From the IMG/VR virus record IMGVR_UViG_2518285550_000001, positions 4,277 through 68,276 of that record: 64,000 nt of DNA, one strand, 5' to 3'. The position numbers and the translations under genes were made by a program. Within the stretch, counting starts at the first letter, position 1. Each line of letters opens with the position of its first letter. The notes below the pieces were generated by a model that worked only from the letters and a program-made list of their open reading frames with translations, was not told the DNA's origin and did no database searches. This document shows positions 26,817 to 37,253 of the stretch, piece by piece. Source of the stretch: a virus. Lineage: Duplodnaviria > Caudoviricetes.

Positions 26817-29800
26817 ATGGCCCGGCGAATAGCGGTGCAGTTCATCGCCGAATTGACGCGATTCGGTCAGCAGATGCGCGGCGGCGCCGACGAGGTCCGC
26901 AAGGTCCGGCAGGAAGCGGTGGCCGCCCAGCGGGAGGTGACCGGGCTCGGCGCCGCCGGTGACACGGCGGGCCGACAACTCGGCGACGGGCTGGTGCGTG
27001 GCCTCGACGGCAGGATCCGCGACGCCCGCGGCCGGTTCGTAGGGGCCGGTACGCGGGCGGGCCGCGAATTCGGGGACGGTTTCGAGCGTGGCGCCCGCTC
27101 CGGTATCGGCCGGGTTGCGGGCATGCTCGCCGGCGCGGCGCTGCAAGCCAGCGGTTCGGCTGGCCGGGGACAATTGGTCGGCCTGGCGGCGATCCCCGCG
27201 ACGGCCGCAGCTGCGGCAGCGTCGTTGCAGGTGCTGCCGCCGCTGCTCGCTGCTGTCGGCGGTGGCCTGGGCGCGATCCCCGGATTGGCGGCGGGTGCGG
27301 CCGGGTCGATCGGCACCGTCAAACTGGCCACCGCCGGACTCGGCGACGCCATCGAGGAGGTGTTCGCCGACGACCGCGACCCCTACCTGCGGCTATCACG
27401 CAACGGGCAGCAGTTCGTGTCCGCGCTGGGCGCGCAGAAGCAGGCACTGCTGGGTTTGCGGTCGGTGGCTCAGGACCGCGTCTTTAGGGGCCTTGACGCC
27501 GAGGTCACCGAGTTGGCGGCGGTGGCGCTACCGTTCGCCCGCACCCAGGTTGAGCGTTTTGGTGACACGTGGAACACCACATTCCGGCAGGCGGCAGCGC
27601 TCGGCCGGGACCAGCAGTTTCTGGCCGGGTTGAACAGCGCGTTTGCCTCCGCCGACGGGTTCTTCGACAAGGTGAACGCGCGCATTCCGGCGACCGGTCG
27701 GGCGCTGGGTGGCCTGTTTACCGGCAGCATCCCGTTCGTCGACCAGTTCGGCGACAGCCTGCTGGAGTATGTGGACGACTTCAGCGCGTGGATCGAGCGC
27801 ACCAGCAGGTCCGGCCAGTTGCACATGTTCTTCCGGGATGCCGGACAGCAGGCCGGCGCGCTGCTTGATCTGACCCGCGAGATCTTTGTCCTTGTCGGCC
27901 GGATCGGCGGTATGGGGCAAGGCTCCACTCTGCTGCGGGACATGGCCGACGCCGTGGAGCGGTTCAACGACGAGGCACACAACATGCGGTCGGTGGAAGG
28001 GATCATCCGCACCGGCAACGAGGCCATCGCCGGCGTTGTCGATGTGCTGGTGGTTCTCGGCGAAACAATGGGAGACACGCTCGCCGATCCGGGCACCGCC
28101 GCGGCCGTTGCCCTGTTCTTCGACCTGCTCAAAGTGGGGGCGCAGACCCTCGGCGGGTTGGTGCAGGTGTTCGGGCTGCTGCCCGACCAGATTCAGGCCG
28201 CAGTACTGGCCGGCGCGGCGCTGGCCATCGTCGCCGGGAAGCTGAGCAAAGCCTTCGGTAAGGCGCACACTGCCGTGGGTGGATTCAGCGAGCGGCTGCG
28301 GCAGACCGGCCCGTCGGGTGTGCAGGCTGCTGAGGGGATCGGCAAAGCCGAGCGTGCCGTCGGCCGGTTGGTTGTCACCATGGCGGCCTTCCAGGTCGCC
28401 TCCGCCGCCTTCGGGTCGACTCTCAACCCGCAGGTCGATGCCCTGTCTCGCCGGTTGACAGAGTTCGCCCGCGACGGTGAGGTGGCCGGTGAGGCGGCCC
28501 GTGTCTTCGGCGGGGACATGGACAAGCTGGAAACGGCGATCAAGGATGTCGCGGACACGGGCGCCTGGTCCGACTTCGCCCGCGGCGCCGCCGGTTTCAT
28601 CGAGGGCATCACCGGTTTGGGTAACGTCGTCGATGACAGTCTCACCAAGTCGCGGGAGCGGATCTCGGCCCTCGACTCGGCGTTGACGGACATGGTGGCC
28701 GCCGGTGGGATGGAGCAGGCCCGGCAGGCTTTCGACCGGATCGCCGAGTCGGCGGCCCGGCAGGGCGTGTCCACCCGCGAGTTGATGACCGTCCTGCCCG
28801 GCTACGCGGCGGCTTTGGAGAAGGCGAAGGCTGCCGGGGATGGGCAGGCGCAGGCAACGGCTGCAGCGGATCAGCGGACTCGGCTGCTGACCGGGTCGAT
28901 GCAGGACACGATCACCGCGATGGGCTCGTACACGCGGGCGTGGGAGGTGCTGAACGGCGCCCAGTTGACGGCAGATGAGGCATCTTTGGCGGCGAAAGAC
29001 GCCATTGATCAGGTGACGCAGTCTTTCGCGGAGAACACGGACACGGTGACCGGCAACAGTCGGGCGGCGTTGGAGAACCGGATCGCGGTCGGGCAGGCCG
29101 CGCAGGCGGCTGCCGAAGCAGCGCAACGCAAGTACGAGGAAACCGGTTCGATCATCGAAGCTACCGCGACGTACGACTCGTACATCGGTGCGTTGCGGCG
29201 CACCCTGCGGCAGGCGGACCTGACGGACGCCGAGATCGAAGGGCTGCTGGCGTCGTACGCGCAGATGCCGCCAGTCGCGCAAACGCAGGTATCGGCGCCC
29301 GGCGCGGCTGGCGCGACACAGCAGGCAGCCGGCTTTTACAGCGCGCTCAAACGGCTACCCGACGGCAAGTTGGTGCGGGTGAATGTGCGCGGTGTCGAGT
29401 CAGCCATCAGCCGAGTGGATCGGCTGCAAGCCGAGGTAAGGGCATTGACGGGCAAAACCATCCGTATCGGGGTGGTCGGCGGACGGGGTGGGCACCTCGA
29501 ACAGCGGTGGGGCGGCTACCACGAACACGGCGGCGGATGGACGAAGGCCGCGGTCGGCGTGCTGCGGGAGGCGGCCGTCTACCCGGCCCGTCATCCCGGC
29601 CGGTACATGATCGCCGAACCGGAAACGGGTGGTGAGGCATTCATCCCGCTGCGCGGTGACCATCGGCGCAGTGTTTCCATCGCCCAGAAGGCGATGGACC
29701 ACTACGGCATGGCAGTCGTTCCGAAGTCAGTGGTCATGGCCGGTCAGCGGGCGATGGCGGCAATGGCGGCGTCCGCGCAGGCGGGACCGGCGTCGGGGCC

Positions 29801-29918
29801 GGTGACCTACGACAACCGGATCAGCGTCCACCCTCAGCGCGCGGATTTCACCCTGACCGATCTGGAGGCCCTGGAGGCCCGCCGGGATGCACAAGCGCGG
29901 GTAGGAAGGCCCCGATAA
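26817..29918 (+). CDS. tape measure protein
   Basis: 1033 aa, Ala/Gly-rich and helical; RDARGRF and AEPETGGEAFIPL motifs; synteny. Confidence 0.92.
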   Translation: MARRIAVQFIAELTRFGQQMRGGADEVRKVRQEAVAAQREVTGLGAAGDTAGRQLGDGLVRGLDGRIRDARGRFVGAGTRAGREFGDGFERGARSGIGRVAGMLAGAALQASGSAGRGQLVGLAAIPATAAAAAASLQVLPPLLAAVGGGLGAIPGLAAGAAGSIGTVKLATAGLGDAIEEVFADDRDPYLRLSRNGQQFVSALGAQKQALLGLRSVAQDRVFRGLDAEVTELAAVALPFARTQVERFGDTWNTTFRQAAALGRDQQFLAGLNSAFASADGFFDKVNARIPATGRALGGLFTGSIPFVDQFGDSLLEYVDDFSAWIERTSRSGQLHMFFRDAGQQAGALLDLTREIFVLVGRIGGMGQGSTLLRDMADAVERFNDEAHNMRSVEGIIRTGNEAIAGVVDVLVVLGETMGDTLADPGTAAAVALFFDLLKVGAQTLGGLVQVFGLLPDQIQAAVLAGAALAIVAGKLSKAFGKAHTAVGGFSERLRQTGPSGVQAAEGIGKAERAVGRLVVTMAAFQVASAAFGSTLNPQVDALSRRLTEFARDGEVAGEAARVFGGDMDKLETAIKDVADTGAWSDFARGAAGFIEGITGLGNVVDDSLTKSRERISALDSALTDMVAAGGMEQARQAFDRIAESAARQGVSTRELMTVLPGYAAALEKAKAAGDGQAQATAAADQRTRLLTGSMQDTITAMGSYTRAWEVLNGAQLTADEASLAAKDAIDQVTQSFAENTDTVTGNSRAALENRIAVGQAAQAAAEAAQRKYEETGSIIEATATYDSYIGALRRTLRQADLTDAEIEGLLASYAQMPPVAQTQVSAPGAAGATQQAAGFYSALKRLPDGKLVRVNVRGVESAISRVDRLQAEVRALTGKTIRIGVVGGRGGHLEQRWGGYHEHGGGWTKAAVGVLREAAVYPARHPGRYMIAEPETGGEAFIPLRGDHRRSVSIAQKAMDHYGMAVVPKSVVMAGQRAMAAMAASAQAGPASGPVTYDNRISVHPQRADFTLTDLEALEARRDAQARVGRPR

Positions 29919-30847
29919 TGCCTATCTTGGTTGGCACCCTCACCGAGCCCACCCCCACACCGCCGTCGGGCATCCCGCAGCCTGCTGACCCGGGCCGGCC
30001 GGAGGCGGTGTGGATCGCGCCGGACGGCACCGAGGTCCATCTGACCTCAGACCGGGAACTGCACTTCACCCTCGACTCCGTGACAGGGTGGGGTGCCGCC
30101 CCAATCAGCCTGGTCGCCGACCCGCACCCGCGTGGCGGCACACGCGTGCGACACATCCAACCGCAGCCACGGACCATCACCTGGCCACTGCGCATACGGG
30201 CCACCACCCACATGGAACTGGTTTCCGGCTGGCGGGACCTCACCGCCCGGTTCACCCAGACCCGCCGGCTTGGTCCCGGCCTGTTACGGATCATGCGCCC
30301 GGACGGGACTGCCCGCGAGGTACTCGCCTACTACCAGGCCGGGTTTGCCGGTGAACCTGGCCAGGGGCACACGTGGGACACGGCGGTGCTGTCGCTGTAC
30401 TGCGAGGATCCCTACTGGCGAGCGGTTGCCCCAGTCAGCACCCTCTACTCCAACGGCGCCACAGTGTCGTACCTGGACCCGTATCTGACGGTCAGCCCGT
30501 CGAGTGTGCTCGGCGCGACGACGGCCGTCAACGCGGGTGATGTAGAGGCGTGGCCAGCATGGACGATCGTTGGGCCCGCCTCGCAAGTGCAGGCCACCAA
30601 CTCGACCACCGGTGAGGCGTTCACCTTGTCGGCGACGCTGCTCGCCGGGGAGACGGCGACGATCAGCACCGATCCGCCGACGGTACGCGGCCCGGCCGGG
30701 CAGATCTGGACCGGAAACCTCGACTGGCCTGGTGCGGTGCTGTGGGCTTTGCAGCCCGGCCTGAACAACGTCGACTTCGCGGTGTCCGGCGCGGCGGCGG
30801 GTACGCAGATCACTCTCTCCTACACCCCTCGATACGAGACGGCCTGA
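29918..30847 (+). CDS. distal tail (Dit)-like protein
   Basis: PRTITWPL, DPYW, N.GDVEAWP.WTI.GP, W.LQPG.N. Confidence 0.8.
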   Translation: MPILVGTLTEPTPTPPSGIPQPADPGRPEAVWIAPDGTEVHLTSDRELHFTLDSVTGWGAAPISLVADPHPRGGTRVRHIQPQPRTITWPLRIRATTHMELVSGWRDLTARFTQTRRLGPGLLRIMRPDGTAREVLAYYQAGFAGEPGQGHTWDTAVLSLYCEDPYWRAVAPVSTLYSNGATVSYLDPYLTVSPSSVLGATTAVNAGDVEAWPAWTIVGPASQVQATNSTTGEAFTLSATLLAGETATISTDPPTVRGPAGQIWTGNLDWPGAVLWALQPGLNNVDFAVSGAAAGTQITLSYTPRYETA

Positions 30848-30850
30848 CCG

Positions 30851-32062
30851 ATGCCTCCGATGCTGTCCGCGCCCGCGCGGATCACTCTGCTGATCACCGA
30901 CCGGAACCTGACCGTCCTCGGCGACCCCGTCGACGGGTGGACCGAGCTGGACGTGACGGTGCGGTTCAACGAGCCGGCGTCCGGGTCGTTCACCGCGCCG
31001 GCGTACCCGGCCCTGCTGCAGCAGATTCGCGGCACCGCGCTCGACGAACTGCGGCGGGTCGTCGTCATCCGCGATGGGCAGATCTTTGCCGCCGGCCCGA
31101 TCGAGCGTGAGGGTCCGGAGGTGTGGTCGGCCGACGGCGGCCAGCACAGCGGCCCCGGCACGATCACCGTGCACTTCGCCGACGACCTGGCTCGACTCGC
31201 CGGCCGTCACACATACCCGGACCCCACCGCAGCCGCTACCGGGCAGACATCGACAGCACGGTGGACATCGACGGGCAACGCCGAGGACATCATGCGCGCC
31301 CTGGTCAACGTCAATGCTGGCCCCGCCGCGCTCACCACCCGACAGATTCCGCAGCTGGTGCTCGGCGCCGACCAGGGCGTCGGCTCGACCATCACGTTCG
31401 GCACCCGATTCGAGGCGCTCGGCGACGCCCTGCGGTCGGCGGCGATCGCCGGTGGCGGCCTCGGCTTCCGCACCCAGCAGGTCGGCAACACGATCGAGTT
31501 TCAGGTGTACGCGCCGGACGACCTGACCAGCGGGGCTACCGCCGTCCGTTTCGGCCGTGGCCTGGGGAACCTGCGGTCGTACTCGTACATCCGGGAGGCA
31601 CCGACAGCTACCACGGCGATCGTCGGCGGCAAGGACGCCGGCACATCCCGGGTCATCGTCGAACGCACCGACACGGCCGAAGCCGCAGCGTGGGAGCGGA
31701 TGGAGACGTTCGTCGACCGGCGGCAGTCCGACGACGTCCCCGGATCCACCGACGAGCTTGACCAAGCCGGCGACGAGGCCCTCACCCGCGCCGCTGCCCG
31801 AGCCCGACTGTCGTCGGTCACCGTCGATACCCCCACCCAGCGATATGGACAGCACTACCAGCTCGGCGACCGCGTGGCGATGCAGCTGCTCAGCGGCGCC
31901 GAAGTCACCGACGTTGTCCGCGCTGTGCACCTGCAGGCCACCCCCCAGTCGGGGGAGGTCGTAACCGCGCTGGTCGGATCGCAGGAGGCATCCAGCGACC
32001 CGGGCTGGCTACAAGCAACCCGCGACCTCGCCCGTCGTCTAGCCGGCCTGGAGACCATCTGA
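30851..32062 (+). CDS. minor tail/hub protein (ReqiPepy6 Gp37-like)
   Basis: W..L....RFNE..S, FAAGPI, R.E.FVD.R, YG..Y.LGDRV. Confidence 0.8.
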   Translation: MPPMLSAPARITLLITDRNLTVLGDPVDGWTELDVTVRFNEPASGSFTAPAYPALLQQIRGTALDELRRVVVIRDGQIFAAGPIEREGPEVWSADGGQHSGPGTITVHFADDLARLAGRHTYPDPTAAATGQTSTARWTSTGNAEDIMRALVNVNAGPAALTTRQIPQLVLGADQGVGSTITFGTRFEALGDALRSAAIAGGGLGFRTQQVGNTIEFQVYAPDDLTSGATAVRFGRGLGNLRSYSYIREAPTATTAIVGGKDAGTSRVIVERTDTAEAAAWERMETFVDRRQSDDVPGSTDELDQAGDEALTRAAARARLSSVTVDTPTQRYGQHYQLGDRVAMQLLSGAEVTDVVRAVHLQATPQSGEVVTALVGSQEASSDPGWLQATRDLARRLAGLETI

Positions 32063-32985
32063 TGGCAGAAACCTGGTACCCGAATCCCGGTGTCACACAG
32101 CTGCAGCACGAGCACCTCATCGGCCACGCCGTACCCACCGGCGTCGTGGGACATCCGCAGGACCCGTCCCTGGTGTACGCGCCTGGCTCCGGCACCCGCG
32201 AGATTCGCTTCCGCGCCGACCGGCGGGCGGCTGTCTTGGGCTACGGCTGGGCAAACGACAACGACGAAATCGTGCGGTCCCTGGCTGATAACGCCACCAG
32301 CTCAGTCCGGGTGGACCTAGTCGTGCTGCGCTTCGACCGCGCCGACTACTCCGTGCGCAACGCCGTCGTGTTGGGTACCCCCGGTGCTGGAGCGCCCGCA
32401 CCCACCACGGACACCGGCACATCCGGCGTCTGGGAGCTGCCCCTCGCGGATGTCGACGTCAGTCCCGGCGCGACCACCATCGCCGACACTCAGGTGCGCA
32501 ACCGTGCCTGGTACATCGGCCCCGACGGCGGCTACCTGTGCACGTCGTCGACCCGGCCGCCCCACTCTCCCGGCCGACGAATCTGGGAGACCGACACCGG
32601 ACGGCAGATGGTGTCCGACGGTGTGAGGTGGCTCGTGACCGCCGAGGACGCCATCTCGCAGGTGTTGCTCAGCGCGGCCAACTGGACAGCCTCCGGCCAG
32701 TTCAATCATCTGCGGCGTCGCAACGGGAACGTCCACATGGCGTTGACTCCGCAGCGGATCGCCGGGCCCCTGCTGGCCGGGCAGACCAGCACTCTGGGCA
32801 CCATCCCGGCAGGGTTTTGGCCGACGGAGGACCGGGAAATCGTCGGTCACGTCGTGTCCTCGGGTGCGGCTGCGGTCGGCCTGATCACTACAACCGGGCT
32901 GCTCACCGTGCGGTTCTGGCACGCCGGCATAAACACTGGTCGGTATTTGAATTTGCAGTCCGCGTCGTGGCCTGTGGCTCACTAG
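32062..32985 (+). CDS. minor tail protein
   Basis: RVDLVVLR.D, WELPLA.V.V, IWETDT, LGTIPAGF.P. Confidence 0.7.
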   Translation: MAETWYPNPGVTQLQHEHLIGHAVPTGVVGHPQDPSLVYAPGSGTREIRFRADRRAAVLGYGWANDNDEIVRSLADNATSSVRVDLVVLRFDRADYSVRNAVVLGTPGAGAPAPTTDTGTSGVWELPLADVDVSPGATTIADTQVRNRAWYIGPDGGYLCTSSTRPPHSPGRRIWETDTGRQMVSDGVRWLVTAEDAISQVLLSAANWTASGQFNHLRRRNGNVHMALTPQRIAGPLLAGQTSTLGTIPAGFWPTEDREIVGHVVSSGAAAVGLITTTGLLTVRFWHAGINTGRYLNLQSASWPVAH

Positions 32986-32993
32986 GAGAAGCT

Positions 32994-34757
32994 ATGTACT
33001 GGTATGGAGGCGGGCCGGCGGACTGGGCGATGGCCCTGGTCACCGTCAGCGGCACCGAGCGGATCCCGCAGATGCAGCCCGGCGCGATCATCACCTGCCA
33101 CAACGATCAGGTCACGGGCACTCAGTACACCGATCTGGTCCTCGCCGACGGCACCGCGGTCACCCAGATCGTCGCGTCCCCCGGCGACACCGTTTACGGG
33201 CCAGGAACACTACCCCGATTCCAGGCGCCGGCGCTGTCCTTGTGGATCAGCATCAATGGCGGTCCTCGAATGTTCGTCGTGTCGACGGACGTACCCGACA
33301 TCATGCAGCAGCTCAGCGATGCCGCGCAGGCCGCGCAGCAGGCGGCCGAGGCCGCCGCCACCGACGCGGCAGCCTTAGCCCAGAGCTCCTCCATCGCCGG
33401 GCACCTTGCCGAGGCGGACCCGCACCCGCAGTACCTCAACGATCCACGCGGTGACCTGCGGTACGTACGCGCCGACGCTGGCACGATCGCTCCCCTTGAC
33501 GAGCCCCGCGAGACTTTGACATTCGCTTCCACGCCAGCAGCCACGAACGCGAACATGCGGGAAATTTGGATCACCCACGAGGGTATGACCAGGCTCGCGG
33601 CGTGGGAAAACGAGCGTAATAACCCCCGGCGCGAGCAGTTACCCGGAGCGCTGTGGGACCACCTCTATACGGCGGTCACGGCGTACAACGGCACCGGCCG
33701 CGCCGTCAACGTCGACATCCGGGGATTGGACAACGTCCGGCGGCAGGCTGGCGGTATCGACGCCCTCGGCCGACCGGTCACCTCCGACCAGGCTTGGATA
33801 CCCATCACGAACCTGGACCCGGATTCGACCGGCGCGTACACGGCTAGTACCGCGATCGGGCCCGCCCCTTTGGGCGTGCGGTGGGAAACGGATGACACGG
33901 TGCGGATGCAGGGCCGTATCGACGCCACCGCCGTCACCGCCGGCCACACCCTGGCCGTACTACCCGCCGGCTACCTACCGCTGTCGCAGCGGCTCCTCAC
34001 CCTGCCCACCACCAACGGCCAGACGGTAACCACCGATCTGTTCACCAACGGCCGCATCGTCGCCCAGACCACCCTTGCCGGACCGGTGACCCTGGCACTC
34101 GACGACTTGACCTTCGCCCGCGTGACGGCCCCCCAACCCACGGGAAACTGGACCATAACCTCGGCAGCGATCGCCACCCCCGGCGCGACCAGCCCGCTCA
34201 GCCTCACCCACGCCGGCGCCACCGACCGTCTCTACGTGCTCATCCTTGCCCGCAGCTCCGCGGCGGACCCATTCACCACCGTCACCGACAACGCGTCCAA
34301 CACCTGGACCCGGATCACGTACGCGCCGACGAGCGGAAGCATCGGCCGGCGCATCGAGATGTGGACCTGCCAGCCCACCACAGCTTTCGCCAGCGTGTCC
34401 GTCGGCTTCAGTGGCGCCGGCACTGCGTACGCCAGCCTCTATGAGATCACAGGCCACCACACCACCCCGCTCGACCAAGCCGCCAGCGAACACCGTTCGT
34501 CTACGACAGCGCCGGCGGCGGTCGAGGTCATCCCCAGCGGCACCGGACGCCTCGTCATCGCGGCAATCACCTCTGCCCCGAACAGCTTGGCGCAGATCAC
34601 CGCCTCGCCCGGGTGGACGGCGCTGCCCTCCCACAACGGCGGTCCGGCTGTGGTCTACCAAACCGATCCGGCCGCGAGCGCGCCGCTCGGCGTTTCCTGG
34701 ACGCTGGCCACGTCGGCTGGCTCCGGCCACGCGATCGCCGCCATCGCACCTGAGTAG
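32994..34757 (+). CDS. tail fibre/receptor-binding protein
   Basis: AGGAG RBS; H..EADPHPQYL fibre motif; Thr/Ala-rich beta C-terminus. Confidence 0.7.
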   Translation: MYWYGGGPADWAMALVTVSGTERIPQMQPGAIITCHNDQVTGTQYTDLVLADGTAVTQIVASPGDTVYGPGTLPRFQAPALSLWISINGGPRMFVVSTDVPDIMQQLSDAAQAAQQAAEAAATDAAALAQSSSIAGHLAEADPHPQYLNDPRGDLRYVRADAGTIAPLDEPRETLTFASTPAATNANMREIWITHEGMTRLAAWENERNNPRREQLPGALWDHLYTAVTAYNGTGRAVNVDIRGLDNVRRQAGGIDALGRPVTSDQAWIPITNLDPDSTGAYTASTAIGPAPLGVRWETDDTVRMQGRIDATAVTAGHTLAVLPAGYLPLSQRLLTLPTTNGQTVTTDLFTNGRIVAQTTLAGPVTLALDDLTFARVTAPQPTGNWTITSAAIATPGATSPLSLTHAGATDRLYVLILARSSAADPFTTVTDNASNTWTRITYAPTSGSIGRRIEMWTCQPTTAFASVSVGFSGAGTAYASLYEITGHHTTPLDQAASEHRSSTTAPAAVEVIPSGTGRLVIAAITSAPNSLAQITASPGWTALPSHNGGPAVVYQTDPAASAPLGVSWTLATSAGSGHAIAAIAPE

Positions 34758-34890
34758 CCGCCATCGCGAGCACCGGCCGCGGCCACGGAAGGCACGGCGG
34801 GCACAGACCTTGCCGAGTCCGGTTCGACCGCCAGCGACACGTAGCGCGACACGCACCTTTGACCACCTACATCTGCCCCAAGGGAGGGAC

Positions 34891-35046
34891 ATGTCCACCA
34901 CCAACCCCCATCCGATCCCAGACGAAAGCCCGGAACAGCACATCGGTGACGAGATCCCGGACCCGTGGGCGGATCCCGCCCAGACTGACTGGCCCGCAAT
35001 GGAGGTGAACATCGATGGCGTGGACCGTGGTACCGAATCTGGATGA
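34891..35046 (+). CDS. small acidic protein upstream of the endolysin
   Basis: GGGAGG RBS; PEQHIGDEIPDPW. Confidence 0.5.
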   Translation: MSTTNPHPIPDESPEQHIGDEIPDPWADPAQTDWPAMEVNIDGVDRGTESG

Positions 35047-35833
35047 GGCCCGCGATCAGCTCAACAAGCGGTTCCCGGGCCGCGACACGAGGTCGGACGG
35101 CTCGATCGGCGACACCGCGCACCAGGGCTACCCGTCGTCGCACAACCCGGACCGGACCGGCCGACCCGAACACCGCGACGGCGACAACCTCGACGAGGTG
35201 CGGGCCCGGGACTTCGACGCCGACCTGAACGACCCGGATGGCGTCACGATGGAACAGGTCGTGCAGCTGTGGGTGACACTGGCTCGCGCCGGCGTGCTGT
35301 GGTGGGTGCGGTACATCATCTTCAACGGCCGTATCTGGCACCGCCGGCACCAGTTCGCCACCCACACATACACCGGGTCGAACCGGCACACCGGCCACTG
35401 CCACGTGACGTCGGAGTTCACCCAGGCTGCGGACACGGTGCGGGGGACGGACTGGCGGCTCGACCAGCTCGGCACGCCGGCACCGGTGCCGCCACGGCCG
35501 GCTCCCGGGCCCGCGGTGGCGTTCCCACTCCCGACCGGGCACTACTTCGGCCCACGCCAGGCCGGAGACAGGTCGGTGTCCGGATACTATCGCCGCCGGT
35601 TCCGGGGCAAGGCTGACCGGCAGTGGCTGACCGCCTGGACCAGGCAGCTTGTCCGCCGAGGCTGGCCAGCGGGCAAGGGCCGCCGGTACCTGCGCACGGC
35701 CGGCGCCGACGGGCTCTACGGGCCGGAGTACCGGAAGCTCATCCTGGCGTTCCAAGCCGATCAGGGCCTCAAGCGCGATGGGCTGCTGGGCCGCAAGACG
35801 TGGGACGCCGCCTACCGCAACCCAATCACCTGA
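35015..35833 (+). CDS. endolysin (zinc peptidase-like domain plus C-terminal peptidoglycan-binding domain)
   Basis: DGSIGD.AH...SSHNPD, YII.NGRIW, H..H.HV; ADGLYGP....I.AFQ...GL..DG..G.KTW. Confidence 0.85.
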   Translation: MAWTVVPNLDEARDQLNKRFPGRDTRSDGSIGDTAHQGYPSSHNPDRTGRPEHRDGDNLDEVRARDFDADLNDPDGVTMEQVVQLWVTLARAGVLWWVRYIIFNGRIWHRRHQFATHTYTGSNRHTGHCHVTSEFTQAADTVRGTDWRLDQLGTPAPVPPRPAPGPAVAFPLPTGHYFGPRQAGDRSVSGYYRRRFRGKADRQWLTAWTRQLVRRGWPAGKGRRYLRTAGADGLYGPEYRKLILAFQADQGLKRDGLLGRKTWDAAYRNPIT

Positions 35834-35834
35834 A

Positions 35835-36356
35835 ATGGACTCTGCCGTCCAGGTCGCGTTGATTAGCGCGGGCAGCGCGATCGGTGGCGGCGGCCTCGTC
35901 ATCCCGGTCGTCGCTCACTTCCTCGGCCGGCAGACCCGTGCCGCCCAGCAGCGCCTCGCCGACGCGCAGGCCGAGCAAGCGCAGGCCACGACCGACCAAA
36001 TCCGACAGGACATCTACCAGGAACTCACCATGGACCTGCGATCCGAGCTGCAGCAGGTTCGCTCGGCACTGCGTCACGCCCGAAAGTCGCTGGCGGCGAC
36101 GTCAGCCGAGGCCGAGCGACTCCGGCTGAGAGTGGTCGGGCTCGAGTCACGTATTGCGCAGCTGGAGCTGACTGAGCAGCATCTGTCAGCGGAGCTACGT
36201 GCTGCCCAAGCCGAGCGGGACCAGCTACGTGGGCAACTCACCGACGGTGAGGCGACGATCAGCGCATTGACCTGTCAGATCAACGACCTCGAGGCACAGC
36301 TGGCAGGGCTGCAAGTGACGCCGGAGACGTCACGCCTCGGGATAGCTGATTCCTGA
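35835..36356 (+). CDS. lysis-associated membrane protein (N-terminal TM plus coiled coil)
   Basis: Hydrophobic N-terminus then heptad-like repeats; follows endolysin. Confidence 0.6.
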   Translation: MDSAVQVALISAGSAIGGGGLVIPVVAHFLGRQTRAAQQRLADAQAEQAQATTDQIRQDIYQELTMDLRSELQQVRSALRHARKSLAATSAEAERLRLRVVGLESRIAQLELTEQHLSAELRAAQAERDQLRGQLTDGEATISALTCQINDLEAQLAGLQVTPETSRLGIADS

Positions 36357-36644
36357 CGACTCGTACCGGGCTCGCAGTTCGGCTGCGTGCTCCCGCGCGA
36401 TGGTCATGTCCGCGCCAGCCGCCTGCAGTAGTTCCGCCGTCGGCCCGCTGGCCCCGTATGGGTCTGCCAGGGCAACCCCGGCTTGGATGCTCAGCAGCAT
36501 CGGGTCGGTGGTGACTGCGCGAACCACGGCGACCGCTGCGTCCCGGGGCACGTCCCGCCGGTCTCCCACGCCGTACCGGCGTGCCACACCGGACAACTCG
36601 GCCAGGAGCAGCCGCTGTCGCTGCGGCAGTGACGGCACATCCAT
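36330..36644 (-). CDS. hypothetical protein, antisense within the lysis region
   Basis: Best non-shadow ORF filling the gap; GGGGG before ATG. Confidence 0.5.
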   Translation of the reverse strand: MDVPSLPQRQRLLLAELSGVARRYGVGDRRDVPRDAAVAVVRAVTTDPMLLSIQAGVALADPYGASGPTAELLQAAGADMTIAREHAAELRARYESSGISYPEA

Positions 36645-36669
36645 CCCCCGACCCTAACCAGGAGGCACC

Positions 36670-36897
36670 ATGCAGCTTGATGATCGACACCCCTCAGTGG
36701 TGAGGATCGCCCGCTATTTCACTTACGACCACCTCCCGCCAGCGCTCCGAGCCGTCAGCAAGGAGTGTCACGACCTCGCCGAACACATGATCACCACTCT
36801 GCCCGACAGCCCTGAACTGACGACCGGGCTTCGCAAGCTACTCGAAGCGAAAGACTGCTTCGTGCGAGCGGCACTCGACGAGGAGACGTCCCGATGA
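36670..36897 (+). CDS. conserved small phage protein
   Basis: AGGAGG RBS; F.Y.HLP..L..VS....L......P..PE...GLRKLLEAKDCFVRA. Confidence 0.75.
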   Translation: MQLDDRHPSVVRIARYFTYDHLPPALRAVSKECHDLAEHMITTLPDSPELTTGLRKLLEAKDCFVRAALDEETSR

Positions 36898-37157
36898 CGC
36901 ACGACTACCTGATCAGCCTGATCCGCACCGCCGTCCCCGCCGCTGTCGGCGCCCTGCTCGCCTGGCTGGCCTCGACGGCGGGCATCGTTCTCGACGGCGA
37001 CTCGTCCACCGCACTCACCGCGGGTGTGGTGGCGCTGGCGATGGCCGGCTACTACGCCCTCGTTCGGGTGGCCGAGGCCCGGTGGCCGTGGCTGGGTGTC
37101 CTGCTCGGTACGCCGGCCGCGCCGAAGTACGAGTCGCCGGCCGCGCGGAGGCAGTAG
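36894..37157 (+). CDS. holin-like membrane protein
   Basis: SLIRT.VP..VG.LL, two TM helices, YY..VR..E.RWPW.G.LLG. Confidence 0.7.
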   Translation: MTHDYLISLIRTAVPAAVGALLAWLASTAGIVLDGDSSTALTAGVVALAMAGYYALVRVAEARWPWLGVLLGTPAAPKYESPAARRQ

Positions 37158-37253
37158 TCCTGCCGGCCCAGCCACACCCGCCGGTGGTGGTGACTCGGGG
37201 GCACCACCACCGGCGGACACCCAGACACCCCCGGGGTTAACGTGGGAGAGCTG

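Noticed and set aside
27528-29282. 584-aa minus-strand ORF, and similar long antisense ORFs at 13101-14624, 30284-31930 and 34655-35902
   Set aside because: Shadow ORFs of well-supported plus-strand genes, expected in GC-rich DNA; no recognisable motifs
32994-34890. Diversity-generating retroelement or invertible tail-fibre system
   Set aside because: No reverse transcriptase, invertase or template/variable repeat pair seen
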